This document shows positions 32,347 through 47,202 of a DNA stretch of 64,000 nt, one piece after another; position 1 is the first letter of the stretch; the number at the start of each line of letters is the position of its first letter. The translations under genes and the position numbers were made by a program. The DNA is taken from the NCBI RefSeq assembly GCF_009914755.1, contig NC_060943.1, one strand, 5' to 3'. The notes below the pieces were generated by a model. That model made no database searches, had not been told where the DNA came from, and saw only the letters and a list, made by a program, of their open reading frames with translations. Source of the DNA: the human T2T-CHM13v2.0 reference genome, Homo sapiens.

Positions 32347-33714
32347 AGCTGAAATATTTCACAGATAAGCAAGCAGAGACCCAGAGAGAGGCTGTCCCTG
32401 TCCCCAGGCCACTCGGGAAGCCAGGGTGTGGGAGCCCAGGCAGAACCTCCAGTGGGGACGTGGATGCATCTCTGGGGCTCCTGGGGCTCCTCCCCTCCGG
32501 GGAGGGGGCCCCCAGGTAATTAATTTTAATCACTGTTTTGAAATTGGGCCACCAGGAGGCAAGTCGGAAACAGCAACTTGTAATTAGGAATGGGTGGGGC
32601 GGTGGGGGGGGTTGCAACGACCATTCAGAGGAAATTAAAGTGTCATTTATACCCAGCAGGTAATTAAGGGACCCAGGAGGGGGTGGCTCGAGGGGGCTGG
32701 GGCTCCAAGGGAATCCAGGCTGGGGCTGGGGCGTCGAGCACCCACAGATTCCAAAGCAGGTTTGGGGACGGACAGGTCCTCCCTTCAGACCCAATTTGGA
32801 GGAAGTACAGAGGGGTGGGTCGTGAGCTTGGGACCCAGTTGTGGAGTTCAGAGGAGAATAAGGTTCTGTTATAGGGACTCCACTTAGGGAGGAAGAAAGA
32901 TGGCCCGGCCTTTGGGGGCTTGATCTAGGGGCAGAAAATGAGGAGCCCTTCCCCTCCAAGTTGGGGTTCTGGGTGCCCTTCCCCGCACTGCTGAACTCCT
33001 CCCCCAGAATTCCTCCAGTCTCTGCCCCTCCCAAGAGGCTGGGGATCCCCAGGTGGCCGGGACCAGTGTGAGAGGCCTGGAGGGGGCCCCGCTGAGAGAG
33101 GTGGTGGGGAATGGGGGTGGAGGTCTCAGGGAGTGCCAAGTGCTGCTGGGAACGGAAGACCTGGCGAATGAACTTGAAGAAGACAAAGGCGGGAAATAGG
33201 TCCCAGGGGAAAGGCCCCGGGGTCAGAGCGGACCACAAGTCCTGGTGAGTCAGGGCTCAGGAATGATGGAGGGGCTGGCAGAGTGACGTGGGTGCTGGGG
33301 GATGGGGCTTGAGAACCGTCAGACTGTGGAGAACAGTGTTCGAGGGGAAGGGGCCCCCAGTTTGCTGGGTCATCTCAGGGAGGCTGTCATCCCCATCTGT
33401 GCCTCACTGCTCCCCAGAGCCTGAGGCTCCGACCTTCAAAGAGGGACAACAGCAAACACTTACAGGGTGCCTACCCCGTGTTCCCAGCCCTGTCCCTCAC
33501 TGAGCCCAGCGGGGTAGGTCACAGGGGCTCTTCTGACCATTCCATAGGTGGGAAAACTCGGGGCCAGGGTGGGCAAGGGATGGGGCCAAGGTCGCACAGC
33601 CCAGAAATGGCCAAGCTGGGATCTGAACCCGGGCCCAGGAGTCCAGACGCTGCGCTGTTAACCACAGCACTGCCCTGCCCCCAGAGAAAGGGGCTTTCAG
33701 CCTCTTCACATCCA

Positions 33715-34450
33715 TCTCAGCAAGTTTTGTGGGTGACTCCAAAAATCTGTCCCCTATCCATCCACTTTGCCCCCCTCTATTACCCTTGCCTGGCCGGCCC
33801 CCATCAATTATTACCAGGACCTGGTCCTCAATTCCAGCCTCGCCCCCGTCTGTCTTCCCCAAAGCTGCCACCAGAGGGCACCAAGAGTCAGGTCCTGTCC
33901 CTCCTCTTCCCGCAGCCCTCCATGGCTCCCACCTCCCTGGGGGTCGAAGCTCAAATCCTCACTGCAGCCCACGAGGCCCTGCATGACTGGCCCCGTACTC
34001 TCCTTGCCCTTCCCTCCTCCCACTCTCCCCTCCACACTCTGCTGCAGCCATACGGGCCTACTTGGTGTTCCTCCAACACGCCAGGTGAGGTCCTGCCCCA
34101 GGGCCTTTGCACGGGCCGTGCCCTCTGCCTGAAGTGCTGCTTCCCAAGATCTCTGCATGACCAGCTCCTTCTCATCTTCCAGGTCTCAGCTCAAATGTCA
34201 TCTCCTCAGAGACACCCTCCCCGACAGCCTCAGTGAACACAGCCCCGCCCTTCTCAGCCACTTGCAAGATAACTGTCTTCAGGGCACTGACTATACCTGA
34301 TTTACCTTGCCCTTTCTCTAGTTAGTGTCTGTGCTCCCCTGTCCCCCCACCCAGCTGGGAATTCGACAAGGGCAGGATGCAGTAGTCTATGCCTTGGTCA
34401 TTGCTGGGTCCGCGGCACCTGGCACTTAATAGGTGCTCACTAAACATCAG
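33715..34450. mobile_element. L2-derived repeat, local variant (copy 4), extending to the L2 3' end
   Basis: gccaccagagggcaccaagagtcaggtcc...gggcctttgcacgggccgtgccctctgcc...ggcacttaataggtgctc. Confidence 0.75.
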
Positions 34451-35449
34451 TCCACTTGTTAAATGCAAGCAATGCTCCCACAGCTCCAAATGAGATCATG
34501 GCCAGAAGCTCCACGTTTCTGCTTTGCAAGGTTGTTCCTTTTCTTGGAGTCAGAAACCCAACAGAACTATATGTGGCATTTTGCCTGCAACCTCTTGTTT
34601 AAATGGTCAACCCTAAGGGAGGCAGAACAGCAACCCCTGTTTTACCCATGGGGAAACTGAGGCTCAGAGAGGGGGCATGAGTGAGTGAGAGAAAAAACTG
34701 ATTCAATCTCAAGTCAGTCTGATCCAAATGCTACGGCTGCCTATGAGGGCGATAATTCAGAATGGCTACTTCAGCTTCCCCAGGGGCTCTGAGTCCATGG
34801 CCTTCAGGGGAGGGAGGTTCTTCTGCAATCATCAGAAAACATATGGCTGCCCCCTAGTGAACTCCTAAACATCCATCATGGCCCTAGCTACAGTGCCCCT
34901 TCCTGGTACATCTTCCCTGATCCATGAGGCAGGGTACAGCTTTCCCTAGCCCCAGTTGCTCCCTCTGCCCTAGCCCTGAACCTGTGTAGCACGGGTGGCC
35001 AGTGCCTGCCCCTGTTTCTCTTCCTCTGGCCTGGAAGCCCCTCCAACTAGACAGAGGAGTTAAAGTTACCTCTCTGGGATCCTAGCATCACCCAGCACAG
35101 GACACAGCACATGGGGACCACTGGCAGCATTTGTTGACTGACTGAGGGACCTAATTGCCTGGAACCAGGCCCACCTGGGAACCCACAATCCTCCTCTGGG
35201 TTCCTGTATTTGGGAAGCTCCCTCCTAGGTCCGCCCTTGGAAGGCTGGCTTAGCTGGGCCATGGTGCATCCTGGGAAATGTAGTCTAGAGTGGGCCTTGC
35301 CTCCCAGTGGGGCCCTGGGGTGGCCAGCTTTGGACCCTGGGGCCAGATAGAGAAGGAGCATTGAGGGTGGCAAGTAGTAGGGCCCCATGTCCCTGCCAAA
35401 GAGTCCTAAGGGTGGTCCCCAGCCTCCCAAGTCTCTTACTTTTTCTTTT

Positions 35450-35738
<289 letters not shown>

Positions 35739-37999
35739 ACTGTCTTACTTGTCCTAATGTCTGCCACTTCACCTGGATGTCCCTGGAGGAGAGGTGATGA
35801 AGGACCGTGATAACGAAAAAGGATTGCGTGCCTGGGTTCCTATGGTCACACACCCGACCCCAGCACCACCATGCATGATGGTGAGGGTGTCTAGGGTGAA
35901 GGGTCTGTTTTGGGATAATTCAGCCAAAGGACATGGGGCCGGTGGCTGGGGCCTGAATCCTGGGCTGCTTTGAGCCTTAGTTTCCCTACTGCTGCTACAT
36001 GAAGACAGGGAGGGAAGAAATGCACGACCATGGCCAAGAGAAAGCCACAGCCCAACCAAAACACGGCTGGGTTTTGGAGGAGTCACAGTATGAGAGCCCA
36101 CAACCCCTTAAATACCTGAGACTCTCAGAACCTGCTATCTCAAACACGACAGCAGTTCAGAAAACCCACAGTACCTGGAAATTGAAAAAAAAAAATCCAG
36201 GAGATCACTTGGGGCTGACCAATATCAGGATTATTTATCCAGGATTCTGCAAAGACAGCCGTCCAACCCCTCTGGCCTGCCTCCCACGAGGGGCGGCTCA
36301 CCACTCCTTCCAGCAATGCATTTGGTTTCCAAGGAGCCTGTCTCCTCGTAGCTACCCTTCCTCAAGATCTGAAATGTGACTCATGCCCCTCCCCCTGCTC
36401 TATAACCTTCCATGGCTCCCCATTGCCCTTGGGATAAAGTTTGCTCCTTGGCTTGGCATTCAAGGCTACTGCCTACCTCATGGTCCTCTTAAATAGTCTA
36501 GCCACTCAGGGCTCCTCCAACATACCCCACTGTGATGATCCTTGCTGTTCCCTCTGCCTGCAATGCCTGTCCCCCTCTCCTCCAGGCAGAATCCTTCTCC
36601 TTCAAGCCCAGTCCCAGTACTCCCTCCTCCAGGCAGCTTTCCCTGCTCCCACCTGTCCTGACCACTGCCCTGGAAGTTTCTCCCTCCAGCATCTCCCTTT
36701 CCGGGCCCACAGGACAGGGCCACGCCCAGGGTCAGCTCGGGACACCTTCCTTCCCAGGAGACGGGCGGTGACCAGCAACATCCTTCAGTCCCCAGGGATC
36801 CAGCTCACCTGTCCTGCAGGCTGACGTCATGGTCACCTTTCCAAGGGCAGTTTGATTTCTATCTTCCAGGCCCAGTCCTGGTAACCCCAGCAAACTCCGG
36901 CTGCCAGCCTGGTGTGGCCACTGCAGAGGACATGCCACATCTCCAGCCCCTTCTATGCCCATCGGTCAGAGGTGAGGACTGAGGTCTCAGGGGGAAAGGC
37001 CCCTCCTGGGGGGACTGGATACCTAGGCTTGGAGACAACTCACTTCAAAGCAGAGAAGGTGACACAGACCCTAAGATCCTGTGGGGGCTCAGCCCCAGCC
37101 GAGTCTGGTGGGGGAACCAGAGGCAAAATGGGGCAGGCACAGATCAAGACAGTCTCAAGCGACCCCTCTCTGCCTCACCTCCCCCAACTCCAGTCCAAAA
37201 CCAAAGCGCATCTCCTGGGGAGACTGAAGCCCAGAAAGGACTAGGGACCAGCCTGAGGCCACACAGCTAAGCGCCTCCTCTCAAAGCTCCTGCATAGCCC
37301 AGAGTCAAGGGGAAGAAGGGAGGAGCAGAGCTTCAGGGCAACCCTTAGGAGGAGCTGGGATGCAGGAGAGCTCTTGGGTTTCAACGGCTTCCTCGGGCCT
37401 CAGTTTCCCCACCTGCTGTTGGGATGGGCCGGTTCAGAACAGACAAGAGGCTGACGCCAGGCTGCCACCTACCCAATATCCGAGGCGTCTCTGTGTGGGT
37501 GGCAGTGACTCCCAGACAACTTCCCGGAGAGTTTAAGACCCCCTCCCAGGTGAGTTCCAACTCAGCCTTGGCCCCAGCCGTTCCCCACCACCCACCCCAC
37601 AACCTGTGCTCTCCCTATGTAGAGTTTAAAGCAATTGTTCAGGTACATCCTGAAGTCCCGCGCCTGAAAGAAACTGGTCTCCCGGGATGTGGGAAAGGGT
37701 TTGGGGGCAAGGGGGATGCCCCAGGGGTCCTGAATTTTTATTTTGGAGAGGGAATTTGGACCTTCTCACAAGCTGAAGGAACACAGAAAAACAGAAATGC
37801 AATTTTACAAATGGGGCAGGGGCCCCCTTCAGTCACCACAGCCATGAGTCCCTCTCTCCCTCCTCCCTCCTTAAACCCAAACCCAGAACCCCAAAGCCTC
37901 AGAGCACCCCAGTAACTCCAAGTCCCCGTTCCGCTCCAGTCTAGGGGTCAAAGATGACAGCCTCAGGTAGAGGATGTCAAAGACCTCAGCGAGAGAAAG

Positions 38000-39620
38000 A
38001 GGGCCACATGGCGGCGGGGGTGAGGGTCTGCGAATCCCTCCCCCAACCCCAGGACTCTTGCAAACGCTCCTAGCTCCAGCATTAACCCGGCCGGGGCAGA
38101 GGTGGGGGTTCATGACAGTAGCGCCCCCTCTGGGAGATGCCCCAAACTCGGAGAGCGCCCAGAGGCGGAGAGCAGGAGAGGAGGGCACGTGACCCCCACC
38201 CCGGGGACCAATCAGCGCCCGCGGGAGGGGGCCACACTCGGCGCCCCCCACCCATCCCGGCGCGCTTGGAGATAGACGTTTTCTTTGTCCTTTTGTCAGC
38301 TCTTGGGGGCCCCCGAACCCCCAGGCCCCCACTGCAGCGGGGGGGATCCGGACCGGCCGGCCCTCCCCTCCAACACCACTGCGACCCCTGCCCCGCGGCC
38401 TGGACCCGCGACTCGTCCTGTTCTGGGCTGGACAGGAGGCCGGAGAGGACTCGGGCGCCCAAGGTGCGGCGGCCGGGCGCGAAGTGGGGCGGAGGGGCCT
38501 CCCAGTGCCAGGACCCCCACACCAGCCCCGGGTCGCCTCGACTTGGCTCTCAGGACCCCGCCCCCCAACGCCACCCCCAACCCCCGACCAACAGGCCCCC
38601 TGCCTGCCCCGAACCCCCCACCTGGGCCCCAATCCAGCTCCCCAGCGGCGCAGCCGCGAGCCTCATTATTGTGTCTTCTCCGGGCCCCCCCAGGACAAAA
38701 TCTCCACCCGCTGCGGTGCCGACAGAACCCCCAACCTAGCTGCACATACAGGCCCCCAGTCAACAATCCAAGCGCCCCCCCCACGTTGCGGTGCCATTAG
38801 ACACCCCCATAATGGAGGCTCAGGGAGCGCCCCAGGCCAAAATCCAGCCCCTCCAAAGCGATGCCACCGGACCCCCACCGGATCCCTCCATACGGCCAGC
38901 GACCCCCTCTCCAATCCGGTCCCCTCCCCAGTTGTGTGGCTGAGAGATTCCCCCCCTCGTTCTAGCGCTCCCCAAACCCCCTCCCTGGCCCCAAATCCGT
39001 CCCCTCCCAGTGGCAGGGCCCGCAGGCCCCCCAGTCCTAGCGCCTGACCTGGCCACCCCAGCCAGCCTTTCGGTCCCCCCAGCTGCGTGCCGACAGACGC
39101 CCCCATCCCCGCGCCTCCCCCAACCCCCTCCGCAGACGCCCCGGGGCGCTTACCTCGGAGCCGCGGCCGCCGCGAGTGCGCGGGCGGGAGGCGCGAGGGC
39201 GGGAGGGCGCGGGCTGGGGGGGTCCGTGCGCGCACCTGTCCCGGCCGGGCCGCTCAGCCCGGCATCCCCGGCTGGGGAGGGGGGCTGGGGGCGCGCGCTC
39301 TCCCCGCCCCCGGGCCCACGGCGCTGCGCTGGGGGAGGGGGCTCAGCCCCGGCCCCCCGCGCGCTGGCGTCGGCTCCGGGGGGGGCGCTGCGCGGCGGCC
39401 GGACCGGGGGCGCGCCGCGGCCGCATCTCCTCCGCCCGCCGCGGCCGCCGCTGCGACTCGCGGCTCTGCCACCTCCGCCCCCCCTTTCCAGCAACCCCCC
39501 ACCTCCCCAAAGCCGGGCTGGAGCCGCGCAAAACCCGGCCCGGAGCAACCGCGGCGCGGAGCGGAGGGCGGAGCCGGTGGGTGGCGTTTGGGTGAGTTGT
39601 GGGGGAGGCCCAAGGGGATC
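38000..39620. promoter_or_regulatory. CpG island / distal promoter of SEMA6B
   Basis: Very high GC and CpG density with GGGCGG boxes; CACGTGAC plus CCAAT at about 38185-38212. Confidence 0.85.
39154..39460 (-). other. SEMA6B: Distal non-coding first exon of SEMA6B
   Basis: Strong donor CCGAG|gtaagc at 39153-39152 in the core of a CpG island, with GC boxes upstream; TSS approximate. Confidence 0.7.
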
Positions 39621-40259
39621 ACCCTGCTTTGGTCCAGGTGGTGGACTTATTAATTGAGCCGCCCCAACTTCCTCTCCTGGTCCCCTCTGCTCAAACTCGC
39701 ATCCCCAGGATCCAGCCCCAATCACACCCAGCCCATGGGGTCAATGAGGCTGTCAGGAACCCTACGGTCTGGGTGGCCCCCTTCATAGACGAGATCATTT
39801 CTTCAATCCACAAGTATTCCATTTAGCAACATTCACTCGACACTTCAGGAAACTGAGGCACAGGGAGGTCTTGTCCAAGGTCATCCAGTTAGAGAGCGTC
39901 AGGGGGTTTTGGACCTGAGCAAACCGGCTGCAGAGATCTCCATGGTTCACGACTCCCGGACCTGCCCCTCTGTCGCCAGCGCCCTGTGGGACGTGGCCCA
40001 GAAAGGAGTTTTTCGAGGACTGCAGGTTCCCCCATGAATTTGAGACCCCAGGACAGAGCCTAGAGGTTTCAGAGACCTTCCTGTAACCCTCCTGACCCTT
40101 CGAATGAATTCAGGACAGCAGGGGCTGCTCTCCATGCCTCAGTGCCCCTCCCTGTCCAAAGTACCTCCCCATGTGGATGTGATCCTGTACGTCTCCCCCA
40201 CTGGACTGAGTGCTGTCCTGGTCGCTCTGGCCTCTCTCCATACAGTAGATGCTCTGTAA

Positions 40260-40805
<546 letters not shown>

Positions 40806-41899
40806 CAACACTTTGTTGTTATGTAGCTTGTGACTTTTCTTGCACACTTACTGAGTGCTGGGGCCACTATGCCCCATCCCTGGCTCCGTGCCATCCAGGG
40901 GGTCCAGACAGGTTGTGCACTGGCTTCCAGCAGCCACTCAGTGGGGACTGGGTATCAGGACTTGAACCCCGCTCCCCAGGCCACCCACGGCAATCTGCAG
41001 GCTCCCTGGCACCCATGGAGACAGCCCAGGTCTTCCAGTTCCTGGGCATGTTCCCAGGGCCATCCTGGTGACCACAAACCTCCGGGAGCAGCCAGGCCTT
41101 CCTGCCCGTGGTTTTGCCCTTCCCGCCTTCCGGCCGCCCCAGCATCCCAGGCAAATCAGCCAAGGCACCTGCTGGTGTCCAGCCCCCACCCCGCCCTGTG
41201 TCCTGCCCGCTGGGGGCCACTGAGGCCTGCTCCACAAGGGAGGGGGCCGAGCCCCAGCTCCAAGGCTTGGGGTCTAGAATCTGCGTCCTCCCACCTACAC
41301 TCCCTTCCCTGCGCTGTGCCCAGCCCCTGGCATCCCCTCCCTCCCCTGCCTTCTTGGCTGTGCCCAGCTGGGTACTTCTGCACCCTAGTCATTCAGCAAA
41401 CATTTATTGAGCACCTACTGTGTACCAGATACTGGACTGAGCTGTCAACAAGACAAATCTGCCCTGTGCCTTTTGTCTAGCCTGGGGATACAGAAACCAG
41501 TGGGCACAGAACTGCAGGCTGAGACAGACTGGCTGGAGGTCCAGGAGGACCTCGAGGAGGTGGCATGGAGGCCTTAGAGGGACCATAGATCCAAGCAGGG
41601 GGGTGGGGGTAGGGGTGTGCGGGGAGGGCGTTCTAGGCAGAGAGACCTCGGGGACAAAGGCCTTGAGGGAGGCCCCACCCCCACCGGTGGCTCAGCTGCC
41701 ACCCAGGCTTCTGCGACCATGAATGGGTCTTTCATGTCCTGGACCGGGGCAAGGTCAGGCCGGGCCTCTCCCTCCTCCCGCCCAGGGCTCCTGGCTGTCT
41801 GAGCCCTGACCTGGAGGACAGTGGCAGGATGGGCCAGGGAGGCCCAGGGAGGGGCAGGGCATCGCCCGAGGTCACCAGAGCCAGCAGCGCCCTCCCAGC

Positions 41900-42850
41900 C
41901 GTGGGATTCTGAGCAAAGCCCCGCCCCGCTGGGCCTCAGTTTCCCCGGCCTGGGCGGGCGCGTTGGCAGCGCAGCGCTCCCGTCCTGCTCCGACCGGGTG
42001 GATTCCAGTGCGGGTTTTGCGGGCGCCCGCGGCCACCGACACCTTCTTCCCAGTGCGGCCCGGGCTGCGGCCCCGGGTCCGAGGAGGCCCGGGGAGACCC
42101 GGAGGAGGTCAGAAGGCCTTCAGGGCCCCCGGGATGGGGTGAGGCTGAGCTCGGCCCCTTACTGCCGGCGCCTGCCAGGAAGGGAAGCCCCGCCCCAATG
42201 CCTGCGCGCCCCCATCAGGACCACTAGCCTCGTCGCCCCGCTGTGTGACTCCCGGGGGTCCCTGGCCCTCTCTGGGCCGAGCTGTAGTCAGGCTCACGGG
42301 CAGCCGCTCAGAGAGGTCGCCTGGGTCCCATCCCTTCCCCAAATGGCCCCCCGCCTCAGTTTCCCCGGCCAGGTGCAGGCTCTCTTTAACCCCAGGTTGG
42401 GGGGTCCTCGCTGCTAGGTTGCACCCCGGGTCTCCGCTCAGGCCAGGGAATCCCCTGGGGGCTCCGAACGGGCAGCTCCGATTGGCTGGGGCCACGTGTG
42501 ACGTCAGAGCCTCCCCAACGCCCCCTCCCCTAGAGGCAAGTGGGGGCGGTCGCGGCCGGGGAGGGGTCCCGGGTCCGAGCGGATTCGGGGTGTCCCCCCA
42601 GCTCAAGTCGGCAGCTGGGCCGCGCAGACGCGATTCTCCTCGGACAGATTTTTCCCTCGTCCCAAATCCCCCTCCGGCCCCCCCCAGAACGGCAGCTGCT
42701 CAGGCGGCAGATGCGCCGGCTAAATCCGCCCAGCTGGTCCTCCGCGGAGCTAACCGCCTGGAGCCCCGGGGCTGGGGGAGTGCTGGCCGCATGGTCCTGA
42801 CCCTTCCTCGCTCCCTGTTCTTTGACCCCTGACTCTTCGCGGAAAGGGGC
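41900..42850. promoter_or_regulatory. CpG-rich upstream element with CCAAT, E-box and CRE
   Basis: ATTGG at 42481, CACGTG at 42493, TGACGTCA at 42499; GCCCCGCCCCAAT at about 42187. Confidence 0.6.
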
Positions 42851-44771
42851 AGGGATTCTGTTGAGGACACTTTCTCAACCTCCAGTTCCCTCCTGGAGCT
42901 GCTGAGAGGATTTGGGGGAGTCTGGCGCCCAGAGAGGGTGGAGCCCTTTCCAAAAACCACACAGCATCCCTGGGCGTGCTGTCCAAAATATGCCCTGTAT
43001 TGCGCATATATTAATAATTATGATGATGACTTAACATATTAGGCCTCTGCTATATGCACCCCCACGATTCTAGGACTATTATGCTATTACTCCATTTTCA
43101 AAGGTGGAAACTGAGACCCAGAGAGCCGTGACTTGACTGATCCCACAGCCAGGAAATGGTGGAGCCTGGATTTGAACCCCAGCTTTTAAGAAGAAGGTGC
43201 CACTGTCCTGGAAGAACTCTCAGGACAGCATTAGTGTCTCAGGGATCCCCCTAATCGGAGGGGCCTTAAGGCAAGTGAGTGTGACCTGGGGTGAGTGAGT
43301 GGGGTCTCTTAGACCTCTTCCCTGCCCCCTGCCTGGTGCCCCTGAGCCTGACACAGACTGCCTCCCTGCCTTGCTTTTTCAGCCTAATCATGATTGTCAC
43401 TGAAGATCCAGGAGGGCTTCCTGGAGGAGGAGGCAGCTCCATTCTGAAATGCCAAGGGTACAGCTTTATTGGGACAGCCAGTGTCTCTGAATATGTAGGT
43501 TTTGCACAGAGCTTGTACTGCCCCAGGGCCTGTACACTGCCTGTCCCCTCTGCCTTGTGCACTCTTTCCCTAGATGTCCAAATGGCTCCTTTCCTCACCT
43601 ACCCCAAATCTCAATTCCAGTGTTTCCCCAGCCTCCCCTCATTTCAGTAATCACTCTGCAGTGAGCTAGGATTGCGCCACTGCACTCCAGCTTGGATAAG
43701 AGAACAAGACCCTGTCTCTTAACTAAATACATAAATAAAAATAATTCCCCTCTTCGTCCCTCTTTACCCTGTTTTGATGGTTTTGTTCAACTTTTCACCA
43801 ATAGGACTTTCTCTTATGCATTTACTCGTTTCTCTTCCAATCCCTCCCCAAGACAGTCAAGTTCCCAAGTCTGTCCAGGACTCCACTGTGTCACGAGGCT
43901 TAAAACAGAGCCAAGCACACAGTAAGCACTCAACACATGTGGTGAATGAATGAACGAATGAAGGAGTGAATGAGTGGGAGTCTGAGATTTCAACAGGGCT
44001 TGCCTTCATTGTATCAAAGGGGAAACTGAGGCCCATTGATCAGAGAGTGAGACCAGAGTCACTTATTTTTCTCTTTAGCAAAATAGGACATAATGGTGAC
44101 CACCTCCCCAGTATGCAGCAGGGGTATCCAGGGAAATAATAATGTCGGAAGCACTTATTAAGCACCTACTGTGTGCACTGCACAGCTCCAGGTGCTTTGT
44201 GCATTTCAAATGGAGACAAGGACTCCAACCCAGAACCCAGGACGCCTGGTCCCATGGTCAGCCTGAGTTCCCTACACCTCACTGCTTCCCTCTCATTGAG
44301 AGAGGGGTTATATATGCAAGCTCCGGGTGCACAGGAGACCTTCAGCCAGGGAGGCAGTGGTCCCCACTGTGTCTGAGGCCCCCTCTGCAGCCCCGCAGAC
44401 CCTGGGCCCGAGGTTCAGGCTGTGTGTCTGGCTGGAGCTAACAGCACCATGCCTGCACGCAGGAAACATTAAATTAGAGACGGAAGCAGCAGGACCTGCG
44501 CCTGATTTATAAATTGAAATTAGAGCAATTACAAGGCTTCCTCCTTCTCAGAAACTGAGAAATCCCCCAGAAAGGCCCATGTGTGTCCTGGGTTGGCCCA
44601 GAACCCCCTCCCCCAAGGCATCATCTGCATATGATGTAGTGACAAATGAGGCAGTGGCATCCTGGTCTCCAAAACAAGGAATTTGTGGGTGGAGCGAGGG
44701 TGTCCAGGGACCTTCAACCTCCCTGGGGTCTGTCCTTGGGTATAGATAGGAAACTGAGGCATGGGAGGTGA

Positions 44772-45146
<375 letters not shown>

Positions 45147-45460
45147 CTAGATCTCCCTTCCCCTAGGCTTCCCATTCCAGCCTAGTGAGCACACCCAGCT
45201 CACTCCTGCCTCGGGGCCTTGGCACTTGCTGTTCCCACTGCCTGGAAGCTGTTCCCCACCAACGTTCCCTTCTCTGAGAGGCCTTCCCTGATCATCCCAA
45301 GTTGGAGAGGATGGCTCTTTTCCACCCACTGTTTTCTTTTCTCTAAAATCAGTGATGGGATAGTGAGCTGCCTGTCAAGAGAGGCAAGCAAGCAGACAGT
45401 GGAGTGGATGTGATCTCTGCAGCTCACACACTGGCGTCCATCCCCTAGCTTTACCACTCA

Positions 45461-46648
<1,188 letters not shown>

Positions 46649-46854
46649 TAGTGGAGACAGGGTTTCACCGTGTTAGCCAGGATAGTCTCGATCTCTTGAC
46701 CTCGTGATCCGCCCCCCTCAGCCTCCCAAAGTGCTGGGATTACAGGAGTGAGCCACCGCGCCTGGCCCACATTTTTTCTTTAAAGATAGAAAGAAAACCA
46801 GAACTGGTATGCAGAAAGGGTGGCAAGATCCAAGCACAGAAAACAAATGTATTA

Positions 46855-46980
<126 letters not shown>

Positions 46981-46983
46981 CTA

Positions 46984-47202
<219 letters not shown>

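Noticed and set aside
37871-39725. Many overlapping 150-250 aa ORFs in the CpG island
   Set aside because: Pro/Arg/Gly/Ala-rich frames on both strands are typical of stop-depleted CpG islands.
42481-42496. ATTGG...CCACG as an ER-stress element
   Set aside because: The spacer is 6 nt, whereas ERSE-II needs 1 nt and ERSE needs CCAAT-N9-CCACG.
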